Assembly: GCA_963666315.2 (NCBI GenBank)
Contig: CAXXHG010000024.1
Span: 86,598-150,597, forward strand
Length of the DNA stretch: 64,000 bases
Origin: Candidatus Binatia bacterium
GTDB taxonomy: Bacteria; Desulfobacterota; Binatia; Bin18
Direction: 5' to 3'
Part shown: positions 55,741 through 64,000 of the stretch, piece by piece
Layout: each line of letters opens with the position of its first letter
Numbering within the stretch: the stretch's first letter is position 1
Translations under genes and position numbers: made by a program
The notes under the pieces: model-generated
What the model saw: only the letters and a program-made list of their open reading frames with translations
Told to the model about the DNA's origin: nothing
The model's database searches: none

Positions 55741-56012
55741 AGGAAGTGCGCCATGTGGCGGCACTCGCTCGACTCAAACTGACAGACACAGAGCAAGACG
55801 AGCTGGTGGAACACTTTGATAAGATTTTGACCTATATGGACAAACTCGGCGAGCTGGATACTGACGGGGTCGAACCAACAGCGCACGCGGTAGAGGTTTC
55901 CGCCCCCCTACGGGAGGACCGCGTGACGAACCAATCCGAGACCGATGCCCTGCTCGCAAATGCCCCGAGTAGAAAAATGGATTTCTTCCGGGTCCCCAAA
56001 ATCATCGAATAA
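55725..56012 (+). CDS. gatC: Asp/Glu-tRNA amidotransferase subunit C
   Basis: [27 protein letters not shown]. Confidence 0.95.
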   Translation: MRITKEEVRHVAALARLKLTDTEQDELVEHFDKILTYMDKLGELDTDGVEPTAHAVEVSAPLREDRVTNQSETDALLANAPSRKMDFFRVPKIIE

Positions 56013-56025
56013 ATCACCGCATACT

Positions 56026-57492
56026 ATGCATCTCTATCACCTCACTATTCACGCAGCAGCTGAAAAGCTGCACAAGCGAGAATTGAGTTCACACGAGCTT
56101 ACCCAGGCGGTCCTGGATCATATTCAGGCGACGGATGATCGGATACACTCCTACCTGACTGTGAGTCGGGAAGCAGCCCTCAAGCAGGCAGAGGCAGCCG
56201 ACCGGCAGCTCTCTCAGGGGACCGCCCCTTCCCCCCTATGCGGCGTGCCCATTGCTCTCAAAGACGTCATTCTCACCCAGGGTATCCGCTCAACCGCAGG
56301 ATCGAAGATTCTTGAACAGTTCATTCCACCCTACGATGCCACAGTGGCCCGTCTGCTCAAAGAAGCCGGGGCGGTGATTGTCGGCAAGGTGAACTGTGAC
56401 GAGTTTGCTATGGGCTCGTCCAACGAAAACTCTGCGTTTACGCCGAGTCGCAATCCGTGGGATATCGCCCGGGTGCCAGGCGGTTCATCCGGCGGATCAG
56501 CGACCGCGGTCGCCGCCGACCAGGCCCTGGCCGCGCTGGGCACAGACACTGGAGGATCCATCCGTCTGCCGGCTTCGTTCTGTGGCATTGTCGGCCTAAA
56601 GCCGACCTATGGCCGGGTGAGCCGGTTTGGCGTCGTCGCGTATGCCTCATCGCTCGATCAGGTCGGCCCGTGCACAAAAGACATTCACGATTGCGCCCTG
56701 CTACTCAATGTCATAGCCGGTCATGATGCCAGGGAGTCGACTTCGGTTGATAGATCCACGCCGGACTACACCGCCGGCTTGGACCGCGGAGCGGGCGGGC
56801 TGCGCATTGGTATTCCACAGGAATATTTCGTTGACGGCATGCAACCTGAAGTTGAAGCGGCGGTCCGGCAGGCCATTGGTCAATTAGAAGCGCAAGGCGC
56901 CCAGGTCGTCCCCGTCTCTTTAGCCCATACGGACTATGCGGTCGCCGCCTATTATATTATTGCCACAGCTGAGGCCAGCTCGAATTTGGCCCGGTATGAT
57001 GGCGTCCGCTATGGCTACCGCGCGCCGCAAATCGATGATCTGAAAGAGATGTATCATGCCACTCGGGCCTACGGTTTTGGCAGCGAGGTCAAGCGACGCA
57101 TTATGCTTGGGACGTATGTGTTATCAGCTGGCTATTATGACGCCTATTATCTTAAGGCACAAAAAGTGAGAACCTTGGTTCGACAGGATTTTCTGAGCGC
57201 GTTTGAGACGTGTGATCTGATTGCCACCCCGGTTGCGCCCACAACGGCTTTTCGCCTGGGGGAAAAAACGGCGGATCCGCTGACTATGTATCTGACGGAT
57301 ATTTTCACGATTGCAGTCAATTTAGCCGGGCTGCCGGCGCTGTCGGTCCCGTGTGGGTTCGATCAATCCGGACTGCCGATAGGGCTGCAGCTCATCGGTC
57401 GTCCCTTCCACGAAGCCACCTTGCTCCAGGCCGGGTATGCCTACGAGCAAGCACACGACTGGCATACGCGAAAACCGCCGATATACGAATGA
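56026..57492 (+). CDS. gatA: Asp/Glu-tRNA amidotransferase subunit A
   Basis: [35 protein letters not shown]. Confidence 0.97.
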   Translation: MHLYHLTIHAAAEKLHKRELSSHELTQAVLDHIQATDDRIHSYLTVSREAALKQAEAADRQLSQGTAPSPLCGVPIALKDVILTQGIRSTAGSKILEQFIPPYDATVARLLKEAGAVIVGKVNCDEFAMGSSNENSAFTPSRNPWDIARVPGGSSGGSATAVAADQALAALGTDTGGSIRLPASFCGIVGLKPTYGRVSRFGVVAYASSLDQVGPCTKDIHDCALLLNVIAGHDARESTSVDRSTPDYTAGLDRGAGGLRIGIPQEYFVDGMQPEVEAAVRQAIGQLEAQGAQVVPVSLAHTDYAVAAYYIIATAEASSNLARYDGVRYGYRAPQIDDLKEMYHATRAYGFGSEVKRRIMLGTYVLSAGYYDAYYLKAQKVRTLVRQDFLSAFETCDLIATPVAPTTAFRLGEKTADPLTMYLTDIFTIAVNLAGLPALSVPCGFDQSGLPIGLQLIGRPFHEATLLQAGYAYEQAHDWHTRKPPIYE

Positions 57493-57531
57493 GCGTACGG
57501 TAACAACACAGCAGAGAGCAGGGCATACGAT

Positions 57532-58983
57532 ATGGAATACGAAGTGGTTATTGGTTTAGAAGTCCACGCTCAAATGCTGACACAGTCCAAAATATTTTGT
57601 GGCTGCTCCACCCGGTTCGGTGCTGAGCCCAATCATCAGACCTGTCCGGTATGTCTCGGCCTACCAGGCGTCCTGCCCGTCCTGAATAAAAAAGTTGTTG
57701 AATTTGCCCTGCGGGCAGCGTTCGCAACCCACTGCCGGATCGCGCCGACCAGCCGCTGGGCACGCAAGAATTATTTTTACCCCGATCTGCCTAAAGGCTA
57801 CCAAATCAGCATGTATGAACTCCCGATCGCCGAACACGGCTATGTCGAGGTCGCGGTCGACGGGCGCCCCAAGAAAGTACGACTCACGCGCATCCACATG
57901 GAAGAAGATGCGGGCAAAAACATTCATGATGCGGAAGCCGGCGCCAGCTTAGTGGACCTCAATCGAACCGGCGTGCCTCTGCTGGAAATTGTGAGTGAAC
58001 CCGATATCCGTTCTCCACGCGAAGCGGGCGATTATTTGCGGAGTTTACGAGCCATACTCCAATACATCGAGGTCTGTGACGGCAATATGGAAGAAGGCAG
58101 TCTGCGCTGCGATGCCAATGTGTCCATCCGTCCGCGCGGGAGCACCGAGCTCAACACCAGGGCTGAAGTGAAAAACATCAATTCATTTCGTGCTGTAGAA
58201 AAAGCGATCCAGTATGAGATCACACGCCAGATTGATGTGGTTGAAGCCGGCGAGCGGGTGGTCCAGGAAACACGCCTATGGGATGCCGAGCGCGAGGTCA
58301 CACGCTCGATGCGCAGCAAGGAATTTGTCCACGACTATCGTTATTTCCCGGATCCGGACCTGCTTCCGCTCGTTATTGATACGGCCTGGATGCAGGCCGT
58401 CCAAGCGGATTTACCCGAACTTCCAGCTGAGCGCCGCGCGCGTCTCATACACGAGTATGGTCTGCCCGCCTATGATGCTGGCGTACTCACCGCACGCCGG
58501 GACGTGGCCGATTACTATGAAGCAGCCGTCCAGGCGTATCCGGATGACCCCAAAACCATCAGCAATTGGGTCATGGAGAGCGTTCTCCGTTCTGTCAAAG
58601 AGGAAAAGCTGGGCACCGTGCTGAGGATAGCAAGCTGGCCGTGTCCGCCCGAACACTTAGGCCAGTTAGTCGGGCTGATCAAAAGCGGTACCATCAGCAC
58701 CAAAATCGCCAAAACCGTGTATGAAGACATGCACCGCACAGGCGAGGCCCCCGAAGCGATAGTACAAGCCCAAGGCCTGACCCAAGTCAGCGATACGCAT
58801 GCGCTTGAAGCGCACGTTGATGCGGTGATGGCGGCAAACCCTGACAAGGTCGAGGCGTACCGAGCCGGGAAAGAAAAATTAATGGGGTTTTTCGTCGGGC
58901 AAGTCTTGCGCGCCACCCAGGGCAAGGCCAACCCGCAGATGGTGAATGATCTCTTGCAAAAGAAGCTCGCAAAGTATCGGTAG
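57532..58983 (+). CDS. gatB: Asp/Glu-tRNA amidotransferase subunit B
   Basis: [40 protein letters not shown]. Confidence 0.97.
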   Translation: MEYEVVIGLEVHAQMLTQSKIFCGCSTRFGAEPNHQTCPVCLGLPGVLPVLNKKVVEFALRAAFATHCRIAPTSRWARKNYFYPDLPKGYQISMYELPIAEHGYVEVAVDGRPKKVRLTRIHMEEDAGKNIHDAEAGASLVDLNRTGVPLLEIVSEPDIRSPREAGDYLRSLRAILQYIEVCDGNMEEGSLRCDANVSIRPRGSTELNTRAEVKNINSFRAVEKAIQYEITRQIDVVEAGERVVQETRLWDAEREVTRSMRSKEFVHDYRYFPDPDLLPLVIDTAWMQAVQADLPELPAERRARLIHEYGLPAYDAGVLTARRDVADYYEAAVQAYPDDPKTISNWVMESVLRSVKEEKLGTVLRIASWPCPPEHLGQLVGLIKSGTISTKIAKTVYEDMHRTGEAPEAIVQAQGLTQVSDTHALEAHVDAVMAANPDKVEAYRAGKEKLMGFFVGQVLRATQGKANPQMVNDLLQKKLAKYR

Positions 58984-58999
58984 CCGAGGAGAGGGCCAT

Positions 59000-60247
59000 A
59001 TGGATTTTTATTTCACCCCGGAACAAGGGGCCTTTCGGCAAGAGCTCCGGACGTGGCTGACGACACATGTCCCGGCAGACAGTGCCCCGTTACGGCATCT
59101 TCAGCCTCAGGCGTCAGACAAAGATCTGACCTTTCTCAAAGATTGGCAACGTAAAGTCTACGAGAGTGGCTGGGCGGGCGTCTCGTGGCCGCAGGAGTAT
59201 GGGGGACGCGGTGCGTCACTCATTGAGCGCGTGATCTTTGACGAAGAAATGGCGGCCCATAAAGCCCCGGGTCTCCTGAATGTTCTGGGTTTAGAGATCG
59301 TCGGCCCTACGATTATTACGCACGGGACTGAGGAACAGAAAAAAAAGCATTTGGCAAACATCCTCAGTGGAGACGATATTTGGAGTCAGGGTTATTCCGA
59401 GCCCAATGCCGGCTCGGATCTTGGATCGCTGCAAACACGGGCCGTTGATCATGGGGATCATTTTATTGTGAATGGACAGAAAGTATGGACCAGTTTAGCC
59501 GGGTTTGCCAATTGGTGCCTGCTTTTAGTCCGCACTGACCCAGATGCGCCCAAGCATAAGGGGCTGTCCGCGCTGCTGGTCGATATGCACAGTCCGGGTA
59601 TTAGCGTCAAACCACTGCGGACGATGACCGGCGAGAGCGAGTTTAACGAGGTCTTTTTTGAAGATGTGCAGGTTCCGAAGAACCACCTGCTGGGGGAACA
59701 GAACCAGGGTTGGCAGGTCATTATCACCTCACTCATGTTCGAACGGCAGGGACTCGGCTTTTATTTTACCTTTGCCCAGAAACGGACGTATGAGGATATG
59801 CGGTCTCAGGTCAAAAAAGCTCGGCGCTATGGCGCTCCGATCCGGACTGACCCGCTTATGCGCCAAAAGATGGCACAAGCCTATATCGATTGCGAGGTCC
59901 TGAAACTCAATAACTATCGCGCCCTGACTCGTCTGCTACGAGGCAATCCGGCCGGCCCGGAAGGATCAATAGCCAAGCTCCACTGGGCCGAGACCAACCA
60001 ACGCATGCAGGACCTTGCGGTTGAGATGCAGGGCGTGGGTGGACAGCTGTATCCAGAAGTTGAGACGAGTGAAGGCGGGAACTATTGGCAGTACGGATTC
60101 CTGCGCGCGCGGGCGAATACCATTGAGGGTGGAACCTCGGAGATTCTGCGCAATATTATTGCGGAGCGCGTTTTACAACTGCCCCGAGGGCGACAAAAAT
60201 GGGGCGCTGAACCAGAAGGCCGAGGTCCTCTGAGAGGCGTCCGCTGA
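59000..60247 (+). CDS. Acyl-CoA dehydrogenase family protein
   Basis: QGYSEPNAGSDL, NGQKVWTS, EFNEVFF, TIEGGTSEI.RNII. Confidence 0.93.
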   Translation: MDFYFTPEQGAFRQELRTWLTTHVPADSAPLRHLQPQASDKDLTFLKDWQRKVYESGWAGVSWPQEYGGRGASLIERVIFDEEMAAHKAPGLLNVLGLEIVGPTIITHGTEEQKKKHLANILSGDDIWSQGYSEPNAGSDLGSLQTRAVDHGDHFIVNGQKVWTSLAGFANWCLLLVRTDPDAPKHKGLSALLVDMHSPGISVKPLRTMTGESEFNEVFFEDVQVPKNHLLGEQNQGWQVIITSLMFERQGLGFYFTFAQKRTYEDMRSQVKKARRYGAPIRTDPLMRQKMAQAYIDCEVLKLNNYRALTRLLRGNPAGPEGSIAKLHWAETNQRMQDLAVEMQGVGGQLYPEVETSEGGNYWQYGFLRARANTIEGGTSEILRNIIAERVLQLPRGRQKWGAEPEGRGPLRGVR

Positions 60248-60264
60248 GAAATGGGCCTCTGCTC

Positions 60265-62030
60265 TCAGCTGCGCGTGTCGCGTAATAATGTTGGCTCGGT
60301 ATTGATCAAAGTCCAGGCACGTTCCACAGCATCTTGATCGGCCAGCCCCTCAATCTCAACCCGTGAGATAGTAAGGTCATCGGCCATTTTGTAGGTCGTC
60401 ACGACGGTCGGGTAGTTCTGCGCTCGCACGCTTTGGGCAAACTGGCGCGCTTCGGTCTGTTTTCGAAACGCTCGAACGGCCAGATGAAAGGATAGATCGG
60501 GTTGTTGTCGAACCAACGTTTCTTTTAGCAGCTGCGGGAACCAGATTTTTTCGCCGGCGCGAATGCTGTTCAAATTCGAGATATGCGGATTTGATTGGTT
60601 GACCAAATCCAATGCCAAAGGGTTGGAACTGCCATACACAGCTACGGCCATCTTCCAAATAGTCGAGCCCGGCGGCACAACGCGAAGGTGGCCAGCTTCG
60701 CCAGGAGTTCCGAGATCCTGCATTTTTCCCACTTGTCCCACTTGTCTCGCAACTTGCTGTAGTGAATTCTCCCCCTTTTCCTGCTCTTGTGTTATTCGGC
60801 TAGGGGTGGCATCCATCTCTAGGCTTTCTGCGGTCTGCTGCTCGGACTCATCGCCTGGCGCGAGAGGCAATCTCGCGTTCACGGCAGGAACGTCCGCCGC
60901 CCGCTCAGATACAGTCACTGCCTGCGGAACGGACCGTTCCGCTTCCACCCGTTCTTGCTTGCGTTCCTGCATCTGGTTTGGGGAAAAGACAGCCCAGGCG
61001 CCTCCAAGCAGGACAAAAACCAGTACGACCGCGACCCCAAGGCCAAATGGAGATCTCAGCCCATTATTCCAGCGAGGTTGACGTCCGGCCACCGATATGA
61101 GTGGGAAATCCGGGGACTGTGGCCCGCCAGGCTGCGCCTCGGTCGAGGCCGCCGCAGCAATTCCCCCATCCCGCCCCTGCTCCGTATGCTCTTCATTTCC
61201 CTCTCGCTCTTTTTGTGCTTCATCAGTATCGAGGCTGAAATCCTGAGCGACTTCATCAATAATCTCTGCGGAAACTTCTTTCAGCGAGAGACCGTGTGCG
61301 ATAAACAAGGCATTATCACATATCACGTTGACTAAGCGCGGAATCCCTTGTGAATAGCGCTCAATTTTTTGTATTGCTGGAGCGGAAAAGAGCCGTGGAC
61401 CGGTATAGCCGGCGGTTTGCAATCGCAACGTAATAAATGCCTCTATTTCCTCGTCTTGGAGACATTTTAACCGACACGAATGGCGATCCGTTGTTTGAGC
61501 TGGCGGAGGCCGGGCTGGGCAATCTTTCGTTCCAATTCGGGCTGACCCACAAGGACGATTTGGGGTAGTTTTTGTCCGTCTTTCTCAAGATTGGACAGAA
61601 GCCGCAGGTGCTCCAAAAATTCGTTGTCAAGATTCTGGGCCTCATCGGTGAGAAAAACACCGGTTCCTCCGGCTTCCGACTGGGCGCACAGAAACTAATG
61701 AATCTCCTGAATTTGCCGGAGCCGTCCGTTGCCCTTGATAGTGAGAGCGAGATCATCGCAAACCAAACTCAGCATCTCCTCAAAGCCGAGCTTGGTATTA
61801 GAAAAATAAACAAAGCGAACCGAATCTTCTATGGAGCGCATCAACCAACGCAACAGCGTCGTCTTGCCCGTCCCGACCTCGCCGCTGAGAAGCATAAATC
61901 CTTTGCGCTGCCGAATTCCGTACAACAGACCGTCATAGGCTTCTTGATAGGCAGGGTTCGAATAATAGAAGCGAATATCAATTGTGGTATTAAAGGGGTC
62001 TGCTCGAAAACCAAAGTATTCTGTATACAC
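60265..62030 (-). pseudogene. ExeA/GspA-like AAA ATPase with TM, LysM-like and SPOR-like C-terminus; disrupted
   Basis: GEVGTGKT; in-frame TAG at 61695-61697; then DEAQNL...IVLVGQPEL; one-base frameshift near 61470; then GIPRLVNVICDNAL. Confidence 0.85.
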
Positions 62031-62730
62031 GGTCGGGCTGCCTCTCGGGTGACTATATCTAGCAATCGTGCAGGCTCATGGGCTTGATAGAGCGCGGGCA
62101 CAGCGACCGGTCACGCTAAGAGGCTATCTACTATCAGCATGACCCAAAATCTCCTTCACAGTCAAGCGAACGGCCCGGGTCATTCTCGGCCAGCTTGCCC
62201 TGGGACGGTACAAATCATAGAAGGGGAAGTCCTGAACGCCCGCAGTCTACAGCGCCAGGAGAAGGCCAAGGAGCGATTCTTGGAACTTGCGGGCACTGAT
62301 GACGCGGAGGTCTTAGTCCGCCCGGAACACATATGGATAAAGCGACGTATCTGATCAGAGCCGAACGACCACGTCAGGAACCAGCAGCCGAGCCAGTTTT
62401 TAATAAAAATAAAAGACCAACCTCCAACTGAAAAGTGTTACCACCCTCCGCCTTTGGTCGTCCCTGAAGCTCTTTTGCACTCCGAGTGAGCCTACAAATA
62501 TTGCGTTGTCGGCCTATTTTGCCACGCGACCAAGGTCGCCGCGATCTCGGTAGTGCACGACAGTCATCACAGCCAAGCAGAGTCCCCATATGCCCAACGC
62601 TGGTATGTCTGTCAGAGGATACCACTCCACAGGATTGCGAAAAGACATCCACACGATAGCTGCACAGACTATAGATGAAGTAGAAAAAGAGCGGAGCAAC
62701 GACATTTTTCACTCTCTCCTAGGACGCCGA

Positions 62731-63939
62731 TTAGGTGGTATAGGCCGAGTTGAAATGCACGTATGCAGTCGAGAGGTCGGACGTCACCACATGGGCCGTG
62801 CCTCGACCCAGGCCGAGATCAATCGCGATGGAAAACTCGGGCTGCTCCATCACGCGGGCTGCGCGCTTTTCGTTGCGCGCTCCGGTGCTCATCCCTTTTT
62901 GGCCAATAGGCACCGCGCCGACAAAAATAGCAAGTCGTGTTTGATCTACACGAGCACCCGCATATCCGACTGCGCAGGCAATACGTCCCCAGTTCGGATC
63001 CCCGCCAAAAAAGGCAGTTTTCACTAAAGGAGAGCAAGCAACCGTGCGGGCGACTTTCTTCGCGTCCGCATCGTTTTTAGCCCCACGCACAAAGACGTCG
63101 ACCACTTTGCTTGCCCCCTCGCCATCTTTGACACACATACGAGCGAGATCACATAGGACGCCGTGAGTGGCTTCCCGAATAGTCGTATAGTCTTTGCCTT
63201 GGGCGGTGATCTCTCGATTTCCCGCCAGACCATTCGCCAGAAGCACCACCGTATCGTTCGTACTTGTATCCCCGTCCACGGAGATAGCATTAAAGGAGTC
63301 GGGCAGGCTCTGATCAAGTATACGTTGCAGGGCCGGCCTGCTCAGCACAGCATCGGTGCACACATAACACAGCATGGTAGCCATATTTGGATTGATCATG
63401 CCCGCCCCTTTGGCCATGCCGGCAATAGTCACCGTTCTACCGCCAACGCAGACCTCGCGCAGCGCGGCTTTGGGAAAGGCGTCAGTCGTCATGATCCCGG
63501 CTAAAGCGTTCCAAAAACCTCGTACAGACAAGGCCGCGGCTGCGTCTCGAATACCTGTCTGCATATTTTTCCACTTCGGCAGCACGCCAATGACGCCGGT
63601 AGACGAGGGCAGAACAAGACCGGGCGCTATCCGCAGCTCGCGCCCGACTAGCGTACAGGTATCCTGGGCAAGTTTGAGTCCGGGCCGCGCCGTTGAGGCG
63701 TTCGCATTTCCGCTATTGACGACAATGGCTTGGAGGCGTCCGGCCTTGAGGCGTTCTTCCCCGATTAATACCGGAGCCGCTTTGACGCGATTGGTCGTAA
63801 ATGCGGCAACCGCCGTGGCCGGCACGTCAGACACAAGCAGTGCCAGATCTTTTTTGCCACTAGGTTTGAGCCCACAAGCCACACCCGCAAAGCGAAATCC
63901 GGGAACGACGATGGGCGATTTTTTGACCTTGACCTTCAT
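62731..63939 (-). CDS. argJ: Glutamate N-acetyltransferase/amino-acid acetyltransferase
   Basis: NSGNANA, STGVIG, KGAGMINPNMATML, DGDTSTND, DPNWGRI. Confidence 0.96.
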   Translation of the reverse strand: MKVKVKKSPIVVPGFRFAGVACGLKPSGKKDLALLVSDVPATAVAAFTTNRVKAAPVLIGEERLKAGRLQAIVVNSGNANASTARPGLKLAQDTCTLVGRELRIAPGLVLPSSTGVIGVLPKWKNMQTGIRDAAAALSVRGFWNALAGIMTTDAFPKAALREVCVGGRTVTIAGMAKGAGMINPNMATMLCYVCTDAVLSRPALQRILDQSLPDSFNAISVDGDTSTNDTVVLLANGLAGNREITAQGKDYTTIREATHGVLCDLARMCVKDGEGASKVVDVFVRGAKNDADAKKVARTVACSPLVKTAFFGGDPNWGRIACAVGYAGARVDQTRLAIFVGAVPIGQKGMSTGARNEKRAARVMEQPEFSIAIDLGLGRGTAHVVTSDLSTAYVHFNSAYTT

Positions 63940-63957
63940 GACAGCTCGCTCAAACGA

Positions 63958-64000
63958 TTATGCCCCATGGCATTTTTTATACTTTTTGCCACTTCCGCAC
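63958..64000 (-). CDS. secA: 3' end of a SEC-C motif protein, most likely SecA
   Basis: CGSGKKYKKCHGA-stop; the secA-argJ order is common. Confidence 0.75.
   Translation of the reverse strand, partial: CGSGKKYKKCHGA

Noticed and set aside
10184-61697. TAG recoding (Gln or pyrrolysine) suggested by in-frame TAGs in the CoA-transferase, mgtE and exeA-like genes
   Set aside because: Many intact genes end at TAG at their expected C-termini (MoaD at 6698, porin, gatB), dinB is broken by TAA, and the exeA-like gene also has a frameshift. Nonsense mutation explains the pattern better.
62100-62712. Short ORFs between the exeA-like pseudogene and argJ
   Set aside because: They may be decayed membrane-protein or mobile-element remnants, but I could not assign a frame or family with confidence.
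1-64000. CRISPR array, reverse transcriptase, DGR or retron
   Set aside because: No regularly spaced repeat-spacer series and no RT or Cas motifs were seen; the tandem repeats found have no spacers.

Overview
A roughly 55% GC (estimated by eye) bacterial chromosomal window. Gene content suggests a deltaproteobacterium-like lineage such as Binatia; this is inference only. Housekeeping and metabolic genes: a tungsten/molybdopterin AOR-family operon, ttuB-ttuA-trmI, a b6-type cytochrome bc operon with an octaheme cytochrome c, serS, gatCAB, argJ and the 3' end of secA. There are two accessory islands. (1) A decayed 4.4 kb integrative element bounded by a 47-bp direct repeat of the 5' half of tRNA-Ser(TGA). 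It carries Sel1 and TPR genes, an integrase remnant, and an intact in-frame chimera of a secreted tail-fibre-like domain with the C-terminal torque domain of FliG. (2) A 2.3 kb island next to a dif-like Xer site at an apparent replication terminus. It carries an excisionase-like HTH remnant, an HTH replication-like ORF, a recurring GACTATAGTC palindrome and a terminator-like hairpin with a C/U-rich loop. The best candidate for an undescribed system is a coupled operon (NarL regulator, tandem DUF1571 exported protein, atypical membrane histidine kinase, pteridine reductase) near a dual-domain PTPS plus SDR pair, which may form a pterin-linked signalling module. Many genes carry nonsense or frameshift lesions (CoA-transferase, mgtE, dinB, exeA-like and others), and short tandem microduplications are frequent. 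No CRISPR array, rRNA gene or intact transposase was seen. All family assignments come from motif recognition by eye, not from database searches.
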